A stretch of DNA of 64,000 nucleotides from Vicugna vicugna. Its lineage: Eukaryota. Of the stretch, positions 1-13,100 are shown one piece after another (the first letter of the stretch is position 1; each line of letters begins with the position of its first letter). The stretch lies in the NCBI GenBank assembly GCA_013265495.1, contig MU060965.1, positions 248,001-312,000 on the forward strand, in the 5' to 3' direction. Position numbers and translations under genes: made by a program. The notes beneath the pieces are model-generated. The model ran no database searches and was not told the DNA's origin. It saw nothing but the letters and a program-made list of their open reading frames with translations.

Positions 1-1215
1 CATTGGGGGGGTCAGCCAGGCAGACGCGGCGGGCAGTCACCTGCCAAGTAGCAGACAACCCTGACATGTTTCTCTCTGGGTGGCGCCGTTTTTACTGGAA
101 GGGACCATTTTACTGGGCTCTAAGCATTGGCTCAGCCAAGCGGCACAGTAGAAATTCTCCCAGGTCCCCGAGAATATTTTTACAGATCCACTTCCCAGCT
201 GGAGGGGAGGGCCCCATCGCTCCTTCTCCTTCATCGCAGGAGCCCCTCCCTCCCTCCCTCAGGGCCTGGAAACAGGAGGGGGGTCACTGCTGACTGTGGG
301 GCCGCTGAGGGGTGCGACTAGGGTGTCAGGTGGAGTCTGTTCCCTGGACAGACGCCCATGTGTCTGCGGCACGCAGGACACCAGAACGGCAGGTCGGAGC
401 CAGCCCAGCCTCTCCGTGGTCCGGGCCCCACAGTCCTCTCCCTTTCGGGGAGCGCTGGGCACCGCCTGGTGCTGGCGGTTACACCCGGGTGGGGCTGCGG
501 GAAGCCCCGTGTGGGCCCGGGAAACCTCCAGCAGCCTCAGCACCCGGGCAGGGCCGCCCCCGGGGGAGACTCAGCCTGCACCGCCAGCCCCAGCGCTGTG
601 GCTCTGGGCCCGCCGCCTCCACCTCCGGACTCAGGGGGTCTTCTCCGTCTGTCCACTGACTTCTGTCCTAACTCAGTGAGGGAGTGGTCTCAAGGGGCCG
701 TGTGCCCCCTGCCCTGCCCGGCGCACGCCAGGCTGTGACCACTTCGCTCGTGCCTCTCCCCAGCCGCCGGGCACTCCACACGGCGGGGGCCCCGAGTTGT
801 CCAACCGACCCTCCCTGGCCTTGCGGATCTGCGCTCTGGCTCTGTCAGGGTGGCCGTCAGGACCGCCGACCCTGGAAGGACTCGACTGTCCTGACTCCCA
901 GAGGCTTCGTGGGGTGGGGGGGCGAGGGTGGGGCCCAAGCCTGCCCCCACTCCCCAGCCCACGGCTGGGCGGGCAGATCTAGGGCTCCAGGGGGTCCCCT
1001 CGCTGAAGTGGGGGCCCAAGGGTCCTCTCCCTGTGCAGTGGGAGCCACTGTGACCTGCAGAGATGGGGGGGCAGCGTGTGACCTGGGCAGCTTCTCGTTC
1101 CCTTGTTAGCACATCAGACGCCTTGTCCTGTGCTCTGCCCGTTGGTTCAGGATCCCATGTGGGCAGTTAAGTGCTTTGTGACACAGGTGGCCCTGGATCA
1201 TGGGGTTCCGTGGAG

Positions 1216-2092
1216 CCCCCCTGCACTGTCCCTCCCCCTCTAACTGTCCACACCCCCTCCCTGCACTGTCCACCCTCTCCCTGCACTGTCCACCGCCCTC
1301 CCTGCACCATCTACCCCCTCCCTGCACTGTCCATCCCCTCCCTGCGCCATCCACTGCCCTCCCTGCACCGTCTACCCCCTCCCTGCACCGTCTACCCCCT
1401 CCCTGCACTGTCCATCCCCTCCCNNNNNNNNNNNNNNNNNNNNNNNNNNNNNNNNNNNNNNNNNNNNNNNNNNNNNNNNNNNNNNNNNNNNNNNNNNNNN
1501 NNNNNNNNNNNNNNNNNNNNNNNNNNNNNNNNNNNNNNNNNNNNNNNNNNNNNNNNNNNNNNNNNNNNNNNNNNNNNNNNNNNNNNNNNNNNNNNNNNNN
1601 NNNNNNNNNNNNNNNNNNNNNNNNNNNNNNNNNNNNNNNNNNNNNNNNNNNNNNNNNNNNNNNNNNNNNNNNNNNNNNNNNNNNNNNNNNNNNNNNNNNN
1701 NNNNNNNNNNNNNNNNNNNNNNNNNNNNNNNNNNNNNNNNNNNNNNNNNNNNNNNNNNNNNNNNNNNNNNNNNNNNNNNNNNNNNNNNNNNNNNNNNNNN
1801 NNNNNNNNNNNNNNNNNNNNNNNNNNNNNNNNNNNNNNNNNNNNNNNNNNNNNNNNNNNNNNNNNNNNNNNNNNNNNNNNNNNNNNNNNNNNNNNNNNNN
1901 NNNNNNNNNNNNNCCCCCTCCCTGCACCGTCTACCCCCTCCCTGCACTGTCCATCCCCTCCCTGTGCCATCCACCACCCTCCCTGCACCGTCTACCCCCT
2001 CCCTGCACTGTCCACCCTCTCACTGCACTGTCCACCCTCTCCCTGCACTGTCCACCCTCTCCCTGCACTGTCCATCTCCCCTCTAACTGTCC
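1216..2092. repeat. 20-bp minisatellite (ccctgcactgtccacccctc-type) spanning an assembly gap
   Basis: About 10 visible units left and about 9 right of the N run. C-rich on +, G-rich on -. Confidence 0.95.
1424..1913. other. Assembly gap (490 N)
   Basis: Run of n characters. Confidence 1.
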
Positions 2093-3589
2093 TGCCTGGC
2101 ATTTCGGGATAAGTTTCCTTGACCTGCAGGAGCAGTGATCAGGCTCTCAGGTCCCCACTACTTCACTTTGTCCTGGTCCTGGAGAAGCAGTCTGGCCTCG
2201 ACTTTCCTTCCTGCCTGTGAGTTTGCCCTGATTCCCTCCTCACGGACCCTTCCATGCACATGTCTGTGTCAGGCTGGCCTCTGCATCCCCATGGACAGAC
2301 CTCCCCGTGCCCCACGGCCGTGTTCCTGGGGGTGAGCGTGAGGGGACGGTGCGGTCAGACCCCAGCGCGAGCGAGGCTGTGGTTTCCTCCGACAGCCAGA
2401 AGTGGAGTTGTGAGTTCACTGAGAGAAAGTCAGGGACGGCCTCTAGGTTGTCACCCCTGCTCTGCTCCTGCCAGGAGCTGCCGCACTTTCAGAAACAGAG
2501 CATCTCCTGCACTGAGCGCTTGGGGAGGGGTGTCTACTCTGCTCTGGGGCACCGAGGACTGAGTCTCCACCAGCCAGGAAATGGGCTGTTTCACTCAGAA
2601 TTGAAAGTTCCCTTTAGGAACATAATTCAGGTTGTTGTGGGTAGTTTTACAGAGAATCAGAACTGACTTTTAGAAAAGCACGTGTGCTCACATGCAGGTG
2701 AGCATCCTGGCGGCTAATGCAAAAAGGGGAAATGTTTGGACACAAGGTCACATGCAGAAAAAAGGTCCTTCTGGAAGGAATTCTGGAGGAGCAGTCGTTC
2801 AGCTGCACTGGAAGCGTTGGAGCCCTCAGTGGGTGACGACATCCTTGAAACGCTTTCTCTTGTTTGGAAAATGCAAGCACCTGGAAGTACTGAGCTCACA
2901 GCGCTGAGCCTCGGGGAGGCCCTTTCAAAGCGGGCAGAGCTTCCGCACCGCCTGTTCCAGGCAAGCCCAGCCTGAAGCGGGGACCTGACGGGCCCAGACT
3001 GTCCCAGTGCTGTGCCGCCGTCCTGGCCGAGCTAGACTGTCCTTACCTGCTTGGACCACCAGGGCACAGGGCGGCTGTTCCCGTGGCCTTGGGAGGCAGA
3101 CGCCTGTGGCTGCCGAGGCCAGAAGCGGGTGGCGAGGGTGCCTTAGAGGCCTCGGGTTTCCTCAGAGTAGCTGGAAGCGTGCCTAGCGCTTGGGACATAC
3201 AGTTGGCCCTCAGCTGTGGGGCCCCGTGGGGCCCCGTGGGGCCCCGTGGGTCTCGCCCACCGTGGGCGTCCTGCCCGCCAGCCTGGTGCTCCCCGTTTCA
3301 GGAGTTCCAGGAAGCGGCAGGGAGCACTCACCCTCCCTGGGTGGTTCTGCTTGGCTTTTCGGAGCACCCAGCGGAGAGCTGGTGGGGGCTGCAAGGGCAG
3401 AGCGTGTGTGCGGTTTTATTTAAAGTGCTTTTTCGGAGGAGAGACTCACGTTGGAGAGCCTGCTGTGGGCCCTGCTCAGGCCTGTGGGGGCGTGGTGGGG
3501 CGTGGCCGCCCGAGGAAACTAGTGTTTGCTGGTGTTCGTGTTGTTTTAAATGTTGGGCAACTTGGTGGAGGCGGCAGCTCTGGCTTCCT

Positions 3590-4620
3590 GCCCCAAATCC
3601 CTGATCTCCCCAGACCCAAGCCGCTTCGAGCCTGGGGCTCAGGCGTCCGGGTCGCGGTGGGGTCTCAGCCCCGAGGCGCGCCAGGCTGCCCGCCCCCCCA
3701 GCTCCCCGCCCCCAGGCCCCGGGGTCGGAGTGGCTTGGACTCCAGTGGGGAACAAGGTGTCTTGCTGGGCACCTGCTGGTTGGGGTGTTCGGACTCTGCC
3801 CCTGCCTGATCTCTGAGCACTGGGGGAGGGCACGGCCCCCATCCCCGAGCAGCCAGTCCCCGTGGTGGGCCGGGCCGGGCCCTGGCGACGGCGGCGTGTG
3901 GTGGTGCAGGCGTCCTCCGGGGTCTGAAAGGGGGTCTCCCGGGGCAGGGGGGCGACGCTTCACACCCCAGACCCAGCCAGAGACGCAGACCCGGAGTGGA
4001 AGTCTGGGAGGGGATGACAGGGGCGTTGGAATTCAGTGCCAGTGTCCACACTCGCTCACCTTCCTTTAAACAAACACGGCCGCCACCTCTGTTTGTTCCT
4101 GCAAACTGTCACTTGTGTCTGGAGCCGCAGGCTTTATCAGGTGGATCGGGGCAGAGACGTGGCGCTGCCGTCAGGTCAGCCTTCTCGCGGCTCCCCGGGT
4201 GGAGGGGAGCGCGAGCTGCGTTTGGCCTTCCGTGGCTGCTTGGAAGCACGGGAAGCCTCGCCCGCAGTGCCCCTCGTGCCTCGACCGAGGCCAGGACGGG
4301 TCGGGCGGCCTTGCTCCCCCACGGCCTGGGAGCTGCGCCGGCCGAGCCCGTGTGTGTGTGCACTCGGGCGGCGTGAGGAGAGGAACCACCTCGTAGTGAT
4401 TCCTCCCAGTTCACGGGGGAAGCGAAAGCGAGGAGTCAGCTGGACCGTGCAGATTTTAGGGAGCAGAGTCCAGTAAAAGAGGCTGATGGGCGACCGGGGA
4501 GGGCAGCGGCCGGACGTGGCGGAGCACGTGCCTGGAGCCATGGGAGACCGAGGGGCCGCCCGGATCTCCGTGGCGGAGATGAAAAGCTACTACATCTACG
4601 GCGAGTGGTGCTCCTGGCTG
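3590..4620. promoter_or_regulatory. CpG-rich candidate promoter region upstream of and over first exon A
   Basis: Visibly dense CpG with GC-box-like ccgccc/gggcgg motifs. CpG obs/exp was not computed. Confidence 0.45.
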
Positions 4621-4636
4621 TTGTCTGCTGCTGAGG
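4486..4636 (+). CDS. MCF2L: Candidate alternative first coding exon A: MGDRGGQRPDVAEHVPGAMGDRGAARISVAEMKSYYIY(GEWCSWLLSAAE)
   Basis: In-frame ATGs at 4486, 4540 (gccATGG, strong Kozak) and 4579 in a CpG-rich region. Donors ACG|gcgagt (after 4600) and GAGG|gtgagt (after 4636) are both phase 1, matching exon 2. Confidence 0.55.
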
Positions 4637-6834
4637 GTGAGTCCTCCGGCCCCTTGGGGTCACTCCCAGCAGGTGTGTGGGGACGGGGTGGGGACCCCGC
4701 CCTGCAGCCAGTGGTTGTGCAGGCGGAGACGGATGGGCAGATTTCTGGTGTCCTCGTGGGTCGTGTGCAGTCCGCATCCCCTTGGCATCTGGAAAGGCTC
4801 AGGGAGAGGACTGTCACCTCCCTTTGGCTGAAAGTGTCGGCTCTGCTGGTCTGAGCTGCACAGCCAGCACCATGCCCCCAGAGCCGCAGGCGGACCTCCT
4901 TCAAGGGCACCTGGTGGACAGAGGTCCAGCAAGACTCAGGACAGAACAAGCAGGTAGCTGTGTGGTGCCGACAATCCGGGACAGAGCGACAGGGGCCAGT
5001 GACACACTTGAACATCGGCCGCCTCGTACGTCTAAGCGCAGCTCAGGGGCAGAGCGGCTTCCTGGTCCGTTGTCCAGGGAGACCCCTGAGTCCTCCTGGG
5101 CCGTTGCAGTACCCGGGCGTCACACTGCCGGTGGGTCTCTTGTCTGGGAGGCGGTGAGGGACGCTGCTGCTCTGGCGGGAGTCCTGTCCTCTGTGGGGAG
5201 CACTCGGGGGTCACTGTGACCACGACCTAGAGTGTCACCTTTCCGTCAGTAGAACCCAGGCGCCCTCAGGAAGCTGCCCTCCCTGGTCGGTGCGGCTCTG
5301 GGGCCGCGTGTGGGCACAGCTGACCTGCCCCGCGGGCAGCAGCACTGCCTTCAGGGACAGAGGTCCCGCCCGACGGGGTGGCTGCGGGCTCGGCCACACT
5401 CAGCTGTTCTGTCTTGGCCTCTGTGGGGCTTTGTTCTTTGAGTGTGGACTCGAGGTCAGCACAGCCCCGGGAAGGCGAGTGTTGGTCTGGTCGGCTGCAC
5501 CGCTAATTGTGATGTGGTTGCCGGTGTCGCAGTGGAACAGACAGAATGTTCTGGTGCGTCCTTTGGGGGCAGCGGGGCACGTGGCACTCTGCCCCTTTCC
5601 TTAAGTTCTTCAGCTGTTACTGCATCGGGTTGTCTGGCTGTGGGGAGTCAACAAAGCGTCTGAGACGCTGGAGAGTCCACCTGCGTCTGACTTTAAACTA
5701 CACTGAGCTCAGAGCAAGATACGAGAAAATGCTTTCTGCGTCTTCATCGGCACTTCTGGCAGTTTTGTCCCAAAACTTAACTGAAAGTGAGCCTTGAGCC
5801 TTGGAAAATTTCGGGGAGGGAAGAAGGCCCTTCTGGGACGGCTGACCAGCGTGAAGAAGCCGCCCTGGGTATTCCAGGGGGGCTGGTCCTTGCGCTCCCT
5901 CAGCCCCGGAAGGTGCCCGCTTCCTAGCCGGGCCGGGGCGGCCCTCCCGGGGCCAGGCGGGCGGGATGCCCGTGGCGGCAGGTCCCGGAGGGGCCCGTGG
6001 TGTCGCTGCAGTCCACGCGGTTGGCGGGCACGGGAGCTCCCCGAGAAGGACGAGCCGGCGGCTGGAACAGCGGGACAGAGGAGCCTGGGATCCAGACTGG
6101 GGACGGTCTTTCAAGGGTCCAGTCGAGTCTGAGGGAAACGAGCTAGCGTTTGGCCAAAGGGGTGCGCACGCGCGAGAGAAAGTGGAGGCATAAGTTGGGA
6201 CGGGGGGTTGAGGGCAGAACCAGGCTCCTGACCAGAACAGACCACCGATTCCAGAGGGTCTGCAGGGGGTGCTTTGAAATCCTGACCCCAGGATCCCAGC
6301 AGGAGAGGCTGCGGCCCCAGGCCCAGCGTCGGGCGGGCCCCAGGGCTGAGGAGCGCCCCCATGTCCTGAGAGGGGAGGGGCCCCAGGAACCAAGTGTATT
6401 TCCTGAGCTGGAGGGTCTGTGGGGCGGGCGGCTCTGGCCCCGGGACCCGCGGGGCTGCCCGCGGGGTCTATAAGCTGCGCTGGCAGAACCGTCTGAGGGC
6501 GGAACCACTGGCAAGTATTTCATGATGTTGCCGTCACTCTGGAGAGCCCGCTCACGTCCCGCTGCTGAGGGGTGGGGGCCGGGGGCCCCGTCCTGCGGGG
6601 AGACCCGCCCCTTCACCCCCAGAGGTCACACCGTGGAGCCAGGCATCTTCCCCTCCGGGGCGCATACCCCTCCTTGAGGACGCCTCTGCCCGGCCCAAGC
6701 TCTGGTGCCTCCTCATCCTCAGGCACCGACAGGAGGACTGTGACCAGCTGCGTGGGCCCAGGTGTCTGCAGAGGTGGGCTTGAGCCAGTGGGATTGGGTG
6801 CAGGGTGGCCCCTTCCTGGCTGTGAGTGCAGCCA

Positions 6835-6905
6835 AGGGCCTCGGTCTTCTCATCCGTGAAGTGGGGGTGCTGGTACCAGCACCACAGGGCCGCTGGGACC
6901 CATGT
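6835..6905 (+). mobile_element. MIR SINE fragment
   Basis: ggcctcggtcttctcatccgtgaagtgggg resembles the MIR core gcctcagtttcctcatctgtaaaatgggg. Confidence 0.5.
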
Positions 6906-7057
6906 CTGCCCCAGGCCGGTTCCTAGGGACATTCCCACCCCCACCTCCCACCCCTACCCCTCACCCTAGGCCCCCTCTTCTCTCCACCATCGCCATCTGT
7001 GCGCCACCTCCTGTGCCCCCGGCAGTCGGCATCTGTGCCCCCAGCCCAGGCGTGTCA

Positions 7058-7150
7058 TTCTCATAACAACCTGAGGGGCCCCCATCACCCCACTTTGCAG
7101 ACGAGCTCATGGAGGCGCTGGCTGGCCTGAGGAGCTGAGGTCCACTCAGG
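7058..7150 (-). mobile_element. MIR SINE fragment, antisense
   Basis: ctcataacaacct...ccccactttgcagacgag resembles the reverse complement of the MIR core. Confidence 0.45.
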
Positions 7151-10100
7151 CCCTCCGCTCCCGGCTTGGAGCGAAGGAGGCTCCTGAGGAAAGCCTGCGG
7201 CTGAGCCACTGTGGCCGCGGCCCAGCAACCGCCAGCGTCCGGCCGTGGTTCAGAGCCCGCATTACACTCTGGGCTGAGGCTCGTTCCCTCGGTCACGGCA
7301 GGACTGTGGCCAGGCCGTCCCTCTGCCTGTGGCCCCAGGAGAGAGGCAGCTGTTGGGGGTGGGGAAGTGGGTTTTGAGCCCACAGCCCAGCAACAGGCGC
7401 CTCAGCTCGGTCCTGCCTGGTTCACCCACAGGCGGGGAACCCTCTGTTCTGCCCTCCTGGCCCTGGGTCACCGAGACGGGTGGGCAGAGGGAGAGCCTGC
7501 TGCGTGCTGGTGTGGGGCGTGTGGGGCTGGTGGGCTTGCGGCAGCAGGTGGTCATGGCCCACAGTCCCTCCACCCAGGCACCTCCTCAGGCACTGGGCAG
7601 TGCCAGGACGCTCTCTCCGTTCCCTAAGGTGCCCTGGGCCCGGTCACCACACTGGCTCGGCCTGTCCTCCCAGGGCCCTGCGCTCCTCCACCCGCCCCAG
7701 AGTAAGCAGGTGTCTCTTCTGAGCCCCAGCTTGGCCAGGCGCTCCACGTGTCTTTAGTCGTGTCCTACAGCGCAAACCTAAGTGATGTTTTAAAGTAAAA
7801 CACATTTGCTTCCGAGAGTTTTAAAAGTAGAAAGAGCTTTCTAAAGTGCCTTGGTACCCGGCCGGGGGGTAACCCTGGGGCCCTCCTGCCCCACCACGTG
7901 GCCGTGGCCGTGGAGCTGTGAGCCCCGCCCCTACCGATGGCATCTGTTAGGACTTCCCGGGTCTCAGAGGAAACTTGTCTTGGAAACAGCGTGCCTGGAA
8001 CAGCATCGGGTGCACGAGGTCCCCAGGGGTCTCCTAGTCAGCACGTGTCTCCTCCGTTGCCGCAGATCCCAGGACCGCCTTCTGGGACGCAGTCAGATGG
8101 GCCTGCGAGCGCCCAGACCTGGCGCCTGCCCCTGGTTCCCCCAGCCCCGCAGGCAGCACCCGCCCATCTGCAGGTGTGCGGATGTTCCCAGCTCTTGGCT
8201 CATGTCAGGGAGCCTCCTGCCTGGAAACAGCCGCCGCTCCCCTCCTGCCACCCCCTCAATACTCATCAGCCCTTCAGACACACCCGGCTCTGCTCAGGGC
8301 TCGGGCTGGTCCCCACCCGACTCTTCAGGCGCGGCCGCCTTCGTCCGCGCCAGGTGGCTGCTGTCCTGCCTGGGTGGTGGGGGTGGTGAGCCCTGGAGGG
8401 CGAGTCGCTTGTCCCAGCCTCTCCCTCAGGGAGACTGAGACCCAGCTCGGGGATCAGATTTCGAGTCCAGGACTCCTGATGCTGGCCCGGCCCAGAAGAG
8501 CCGTGTCCCCTCTGCACCTTATTAGCCCCTTGAGCCTCTCAGGTGAGGTGGGGGCTGCTGCCACCTTTCCTCTGGGGCAGGAGGGCCCGGTAAGCCAGGC
8601 GGCCCTCTCACACCTGCCACTGCGGACTGAGCTCCTAGGCGTCCCGGACCCGCCGGCCAGCTCTCCACCACCGTGGGTTCTGTTTCACCCACAGCCCAGC
8701 TGTGTTTGCTCTCTGCCGTGCGTCTGCCCCTCACACCGCCCAGATTTATTAGGTTTGTGGCAGGAGGTTGTTGATCTAGAAGGAGGGGGGAGGGGGCATC
8801 ACTTCTGTCCAGGTCACAGTTTGTGCAGAACAAATGGTGCGTTGTTCCCCCGCCCGTGGCGGGGGTGGGGGCGGTCGGTGCTGATAAACGCTGGGTCCCG
8901 CCCGGAAGGCACGTGATGGTATCTGGGGCTCGAGTGTCTGTTTTCCCCATCAGGCGAGTAGAGCCTTCCTGTTTAGCTCCCAGAGATGGGTGGGGCTGCC
9001 CAGCCCTGCTCACAGCTCTGCTGCCTTCCCTCCGAGTGGTCGGGGGTCGAGCCTTCCAGAGCCCTCATCTTGGTGCTCTGGCCGCCTCTCAGTCCTGCTC
9101 CCACCACGTAAGACAGCCCGGGCACCTCCGGTGTCACTTCCATGCGCATTTGCCGTGTGCAGTGACCACCAGCAGAAATACAAGTGAGGGCTACACAGGG
9201 AACAGATGGGCGGAGAGCGGTTCCCCCGGCCCCTCTGACCCCGCTGGAGGCGGCCCCGAAGCGTCAGGGCTAGTCCCTGCTGTGACTGGGAGGATGGACG
9301 TGCATAGAATGGCTGGAAACCAGGACCCAGGCATGCAGTGAAGTGCCAAGCGGTGTTCAGAGGGAGGAGCAGCTTAGAGCTGGGGCACAGAGGGGAGGCC
9401 GGGCTGGGGGCTGGGGGTGGGCACATCGGGAGGCCGGACAAGGAAATGCATGTGCGCCCTCCTGGAGGGAGACCTGGCACCAGAATTGGGCTGCAGTCAC
9501 ACAGAGGGGACACCAGAGAGACCGGGGAGACGCAGCCTGCCCTCGGGAGGGGGCCGTGGTCCAGCGGGGCCGTCCTGGGCCTGGCGCCCTGATCCGGGCT
9601 CCTGGCACTGCTGCAGCTGGTGCTGCGGCGGGTAGATGCTGTCCGGTGCCGCAGGGATGCGTCTGGCCCCTGATGTCACATGTGGCCCCGTCTTGGGCTA
9701 CCCAGGACTGCAAGTGAGCCAGGCAGAAGCGAGCCCTTCCCACGGAAGGCAGTCGGACCTCCTGGTGCCCGGGCACTTGACCCCCACGGACAGGGGTTGG
9801 ACGGAGCTGCGAGTCCCCTGCACGGTTGCGGCAGCCTTTGTGATCCCCGAGTCGCAGGAAGCATGCCTCCGAGGTGCCTGTGCTCGGGGCCAGCAAGGCT
9901 TCCTTGGTGCGGAGATTCTGGAGAAGGGGTGGCCACGTGGCCTGGAGCATAGCCTCGCAGCGGCCTCCCGTGAGCCTGCGACAAGACCACGAGCCCACGC
10001 CTCACTGGGGGCGCGGGGAGCCAGGAGGCGTGTAAGCTGTCTTGGGTTGCGGATGGGGAGGAGGTAGCTCTTCCGAGGGTCCAGAGTGCCGGGCGGTGCT

Positions 10101-13100
10101 GAGGGTGGGAACCTGTTGGAAAACCTCGGGGGCAGGTGAAGGAGCCTAGAGGAAGGGGCCACGAGGTCCTGGCCTGGGGCCAGACCCCCAGACCCCGAGC
10201 CGGGACGTGGAACTGGGGTGTGCGGGCCAGCGGGACCAGGACTGAGTCTACAGAGACAGAACTCAGAACCACAAAGACTGTCGGCGACGTGGTGGCTTCT
10301 GTCCCCAAGTCCTCTGTGGGGCCCCTCGGGAAGGTCAGGACCGCCGTGGGGCCGGGCGGCGGGCTGCTGCTCACCAGGGTTCTCTGTGAGGTCGCACCTG
10401 GGTGCACCCCACCCGTGCGCCGTGTGACTCACCCCGGGGGCTGCCCTGCAGGTGGGAGGTGCACACAGATCCAGACACTGAAGGGACGGGAGCGTGAGCA
10501 TCGTCCCTTTCTGCCTAGCTGTGCGAGCAGCGTGCGAAGCGGTTCTGCTCTCGTGGCGAAAGCGCGTCCAGGAGGGGCTCTTGCCGCCCCGCGGGCCTCA
10601 GTCTTCCCAGGTCTGACGCATGAGTCAGGCCCGGCTCCGCGTCCAGCGCTCCTCCTTCAGTGAAGTGGGTTCTGCAGCGTCACGGCTCAGGTGGGAGGCT
10701 GTGCCCTGAGGGGTTCACCGCGGGACCCCCGCGGTCCTGCACGTGGTGTGGAGGTCCTGCTGGAAGCGTCCCCGCGCCCGGAGCCAAGGAAGTCTCGTTC
10801 TCCAGGCTAAGCTGTGAGTTCACGGCCTAAGCGGAGGCTGCTGCGTCCGTGCCGGGGGCTCAGCGCTCACCACGGCTCTCAGCTGGCTGTTTTGCCAAGA
10901 AACTTGCTCTCGTGCGCAGGACTCCCGCCCACCGCACACCTGAAACTGCCCGTCCCGAGGCGCTCAGGTGCGCCGGCCAGACGCGCTCACGCCCAGGACA
11001 CCGTCTCCCCGGCTCTGTGGGGCGGCTGTGCGGGCTCCTGTCCCAGCCGTCGGCCGTGGCGTCTTTGGTTCGCTCTCCGGGGCTGTGCCGCCTTGTTCTG
11101 GGCCATGGGGTCTTCCGCGAGCAGTGGTTTAAGGCTGGAGGGTCCCGTCTGCAGACCCGCTAACTGGGTGCACAGAACACGGTGCTTGTGTGAGCACCCC
11201 AGACTCGCCTGGGGACAAGCTGCCCACCAGCCCTCTGCCCAGTGCCGCCTCCCTTCGGTCCCCGCACCGTGGTGGCAGGAGGCCCGAGCATGGGGGCCCC
11301 ACCCCACCTGGCCTAGGAGCTCACTGCTGCGTCCATGGCTGGACCTCGCGTGGAAGCCAGGGAGGGGAAGGCTGGCTGGGAGGACTGCCGCGTGGCATCA
11401 GGTCCTCACGGTGACCTTGGGGGCAGGGATGACACATTCAGCCTAGCAGCAGAGTGGACGGGGGGGCTACAGGACACACGAGACAGGGCAGGGCCTGGGG
11501 AGCATCTCCATCTGCGGGCGGCAGCCGAGGGTGGGAGGGACCAGGGCTGTAAGGATCACAGGGCCTCAGAAGGACGGTAAGGACACGAGAAGGGGACGTG
11601 GGGGGAGGGGGTCAGTGAGGACGGGACAGTGAGAGCAGGGAGGGGACACGGACGGGGGACAGGGGAGGACTGAGTAGCCGCCGTGTCCGGCTTCCCTGCT
11701 GCCCGAGGCTTTGTTGAGCAGGGACACCTGTAACCTCAGGTTGCCATGACGATGAAACGGGGCCAGGTGGTGAGGGAGGCCTCGGCAAACAAGGGCGCAC
11801 CTGTGAGTCAGGGACAGCCCCTCCCGCCGTGTGGCCCGGCGGATCGTGGCCGGAGCACTGGCACCCGGTGCTGCTCTATGCGCAATCCGCGTGTGGGGCC
11901 TGTTGCAAAGTTACAGGTGTGCTTCTCGAGGGCTCGGGGGCACGGTTTTGCCCACAGGAGACTGCTGGACGCCGTGGTCCCCCCCCTCGCTCTCTGTGAG
12001 GGGACTAACGCTGAGAGCCTGTGACTGTTCACGGGACCAGCTGGGCGGGGAGTCCGGACGCCGGTGCAGCCGGGCCGGCTTAATGCAATCCTGCACCCTG
12101 TGTGCTCAGGGCGTGACGCCGTGTGCTGAACACTGCAGATTTTGACTCAATGCTGCGTTTCCCCCAGTAAATAAACAGGCCCCGTTCCCAGTGAAGCAGG
12201 GAGCCTGCGCTTCTTTCCAGCTGAGGAAGCCGTGTGGGGTCCCGAGAGGACAGAGACCCCTGCCCTCCAATCAGAGCAAACAGACCTTCAGGGCCCAGAA
12301 ACCATGTCTACGCTCTCAGTGGCCAACCCCGCGAGGCCTGCGTCCACAGGGACCAGGGACCCGGGACCAGTGTCGGCAGCCTCCAGGTCCTCGTCCAACG
12401 TCAGGCCTGGCTTCCTCCGATTCTCCGCCGTCGTTCCTGCCGCGGGTTCATCCTCCCTGGTGGCTGTGGGATGGAGACCTGTGAAATGGCCCCTTTTGTG
12501 GGTCAGAAGGGTTTGAATATCCGCAGAGTCACCAGACCCAACATGTTGGAGAACACTGACACCCTGCCCAGCCACCTCCGTGCTCGGGGTCCGCGGGGCC
12601 TCCACGGCCCGTCAGACGGCAAACGTGAAGAGGCTGGACTCGCCCCCTCCGGGACGAGCGACCAGCTTACCGTCAGATTGGAGCTGACGGCCGCAAGTCC
12701 CTCGCACAAGCCCGCCCGCCTGCCCCGAGGGCCGCAGGTCTGGCGTGACTCTGGGCTCAGTTCCACGATCCCCTCGTGTGCCGTGTCACCCCCACCCCGG
12801 GGCCTATGTGGGGCGGGGCCCAGGAAAGGGGCTGGAGTTGTGTGTGGAGCTGGTGGTGTCGGTGCCTCTCGACTCTGTGGGTATTTGGGGTACAGAGACT
12901 AGGAGCCCGTTAATCCTGTGGGATTTGCCCTGACCCTCCCCTGACCGTGGTCTGTGCTGGGGGGGTAGCCCCGTCTTGGGGGCCTCTGCTGGGACCCCGG
13001 GCCTGACCACTCGCTGCTTGACCTCGTGCCTCGCCAGCCACTGGTGCATGTTTCCTGGATGAACGAATCACGTGTCTTTAGTGGGAAACGGTAGCTCCCT

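Noticed and set aside
1106-2138. Long ORFs containing X runs
   Set aside because: Artefacts of the N gap and the minisatellite
2581-2975. AT-richer block with short ORFs and donor-like sites as another first exon
   Set aside because: The only frame giving a phase-1 junction has no ATG after the upstream stop. A non-coding role is not excluded.
3221-3250. gccccgtggg x3 and similar tiny repeats (40728-40757, 48712-48740)
   Set aside because: These look like ordinary slippage duplications with no sign of function.
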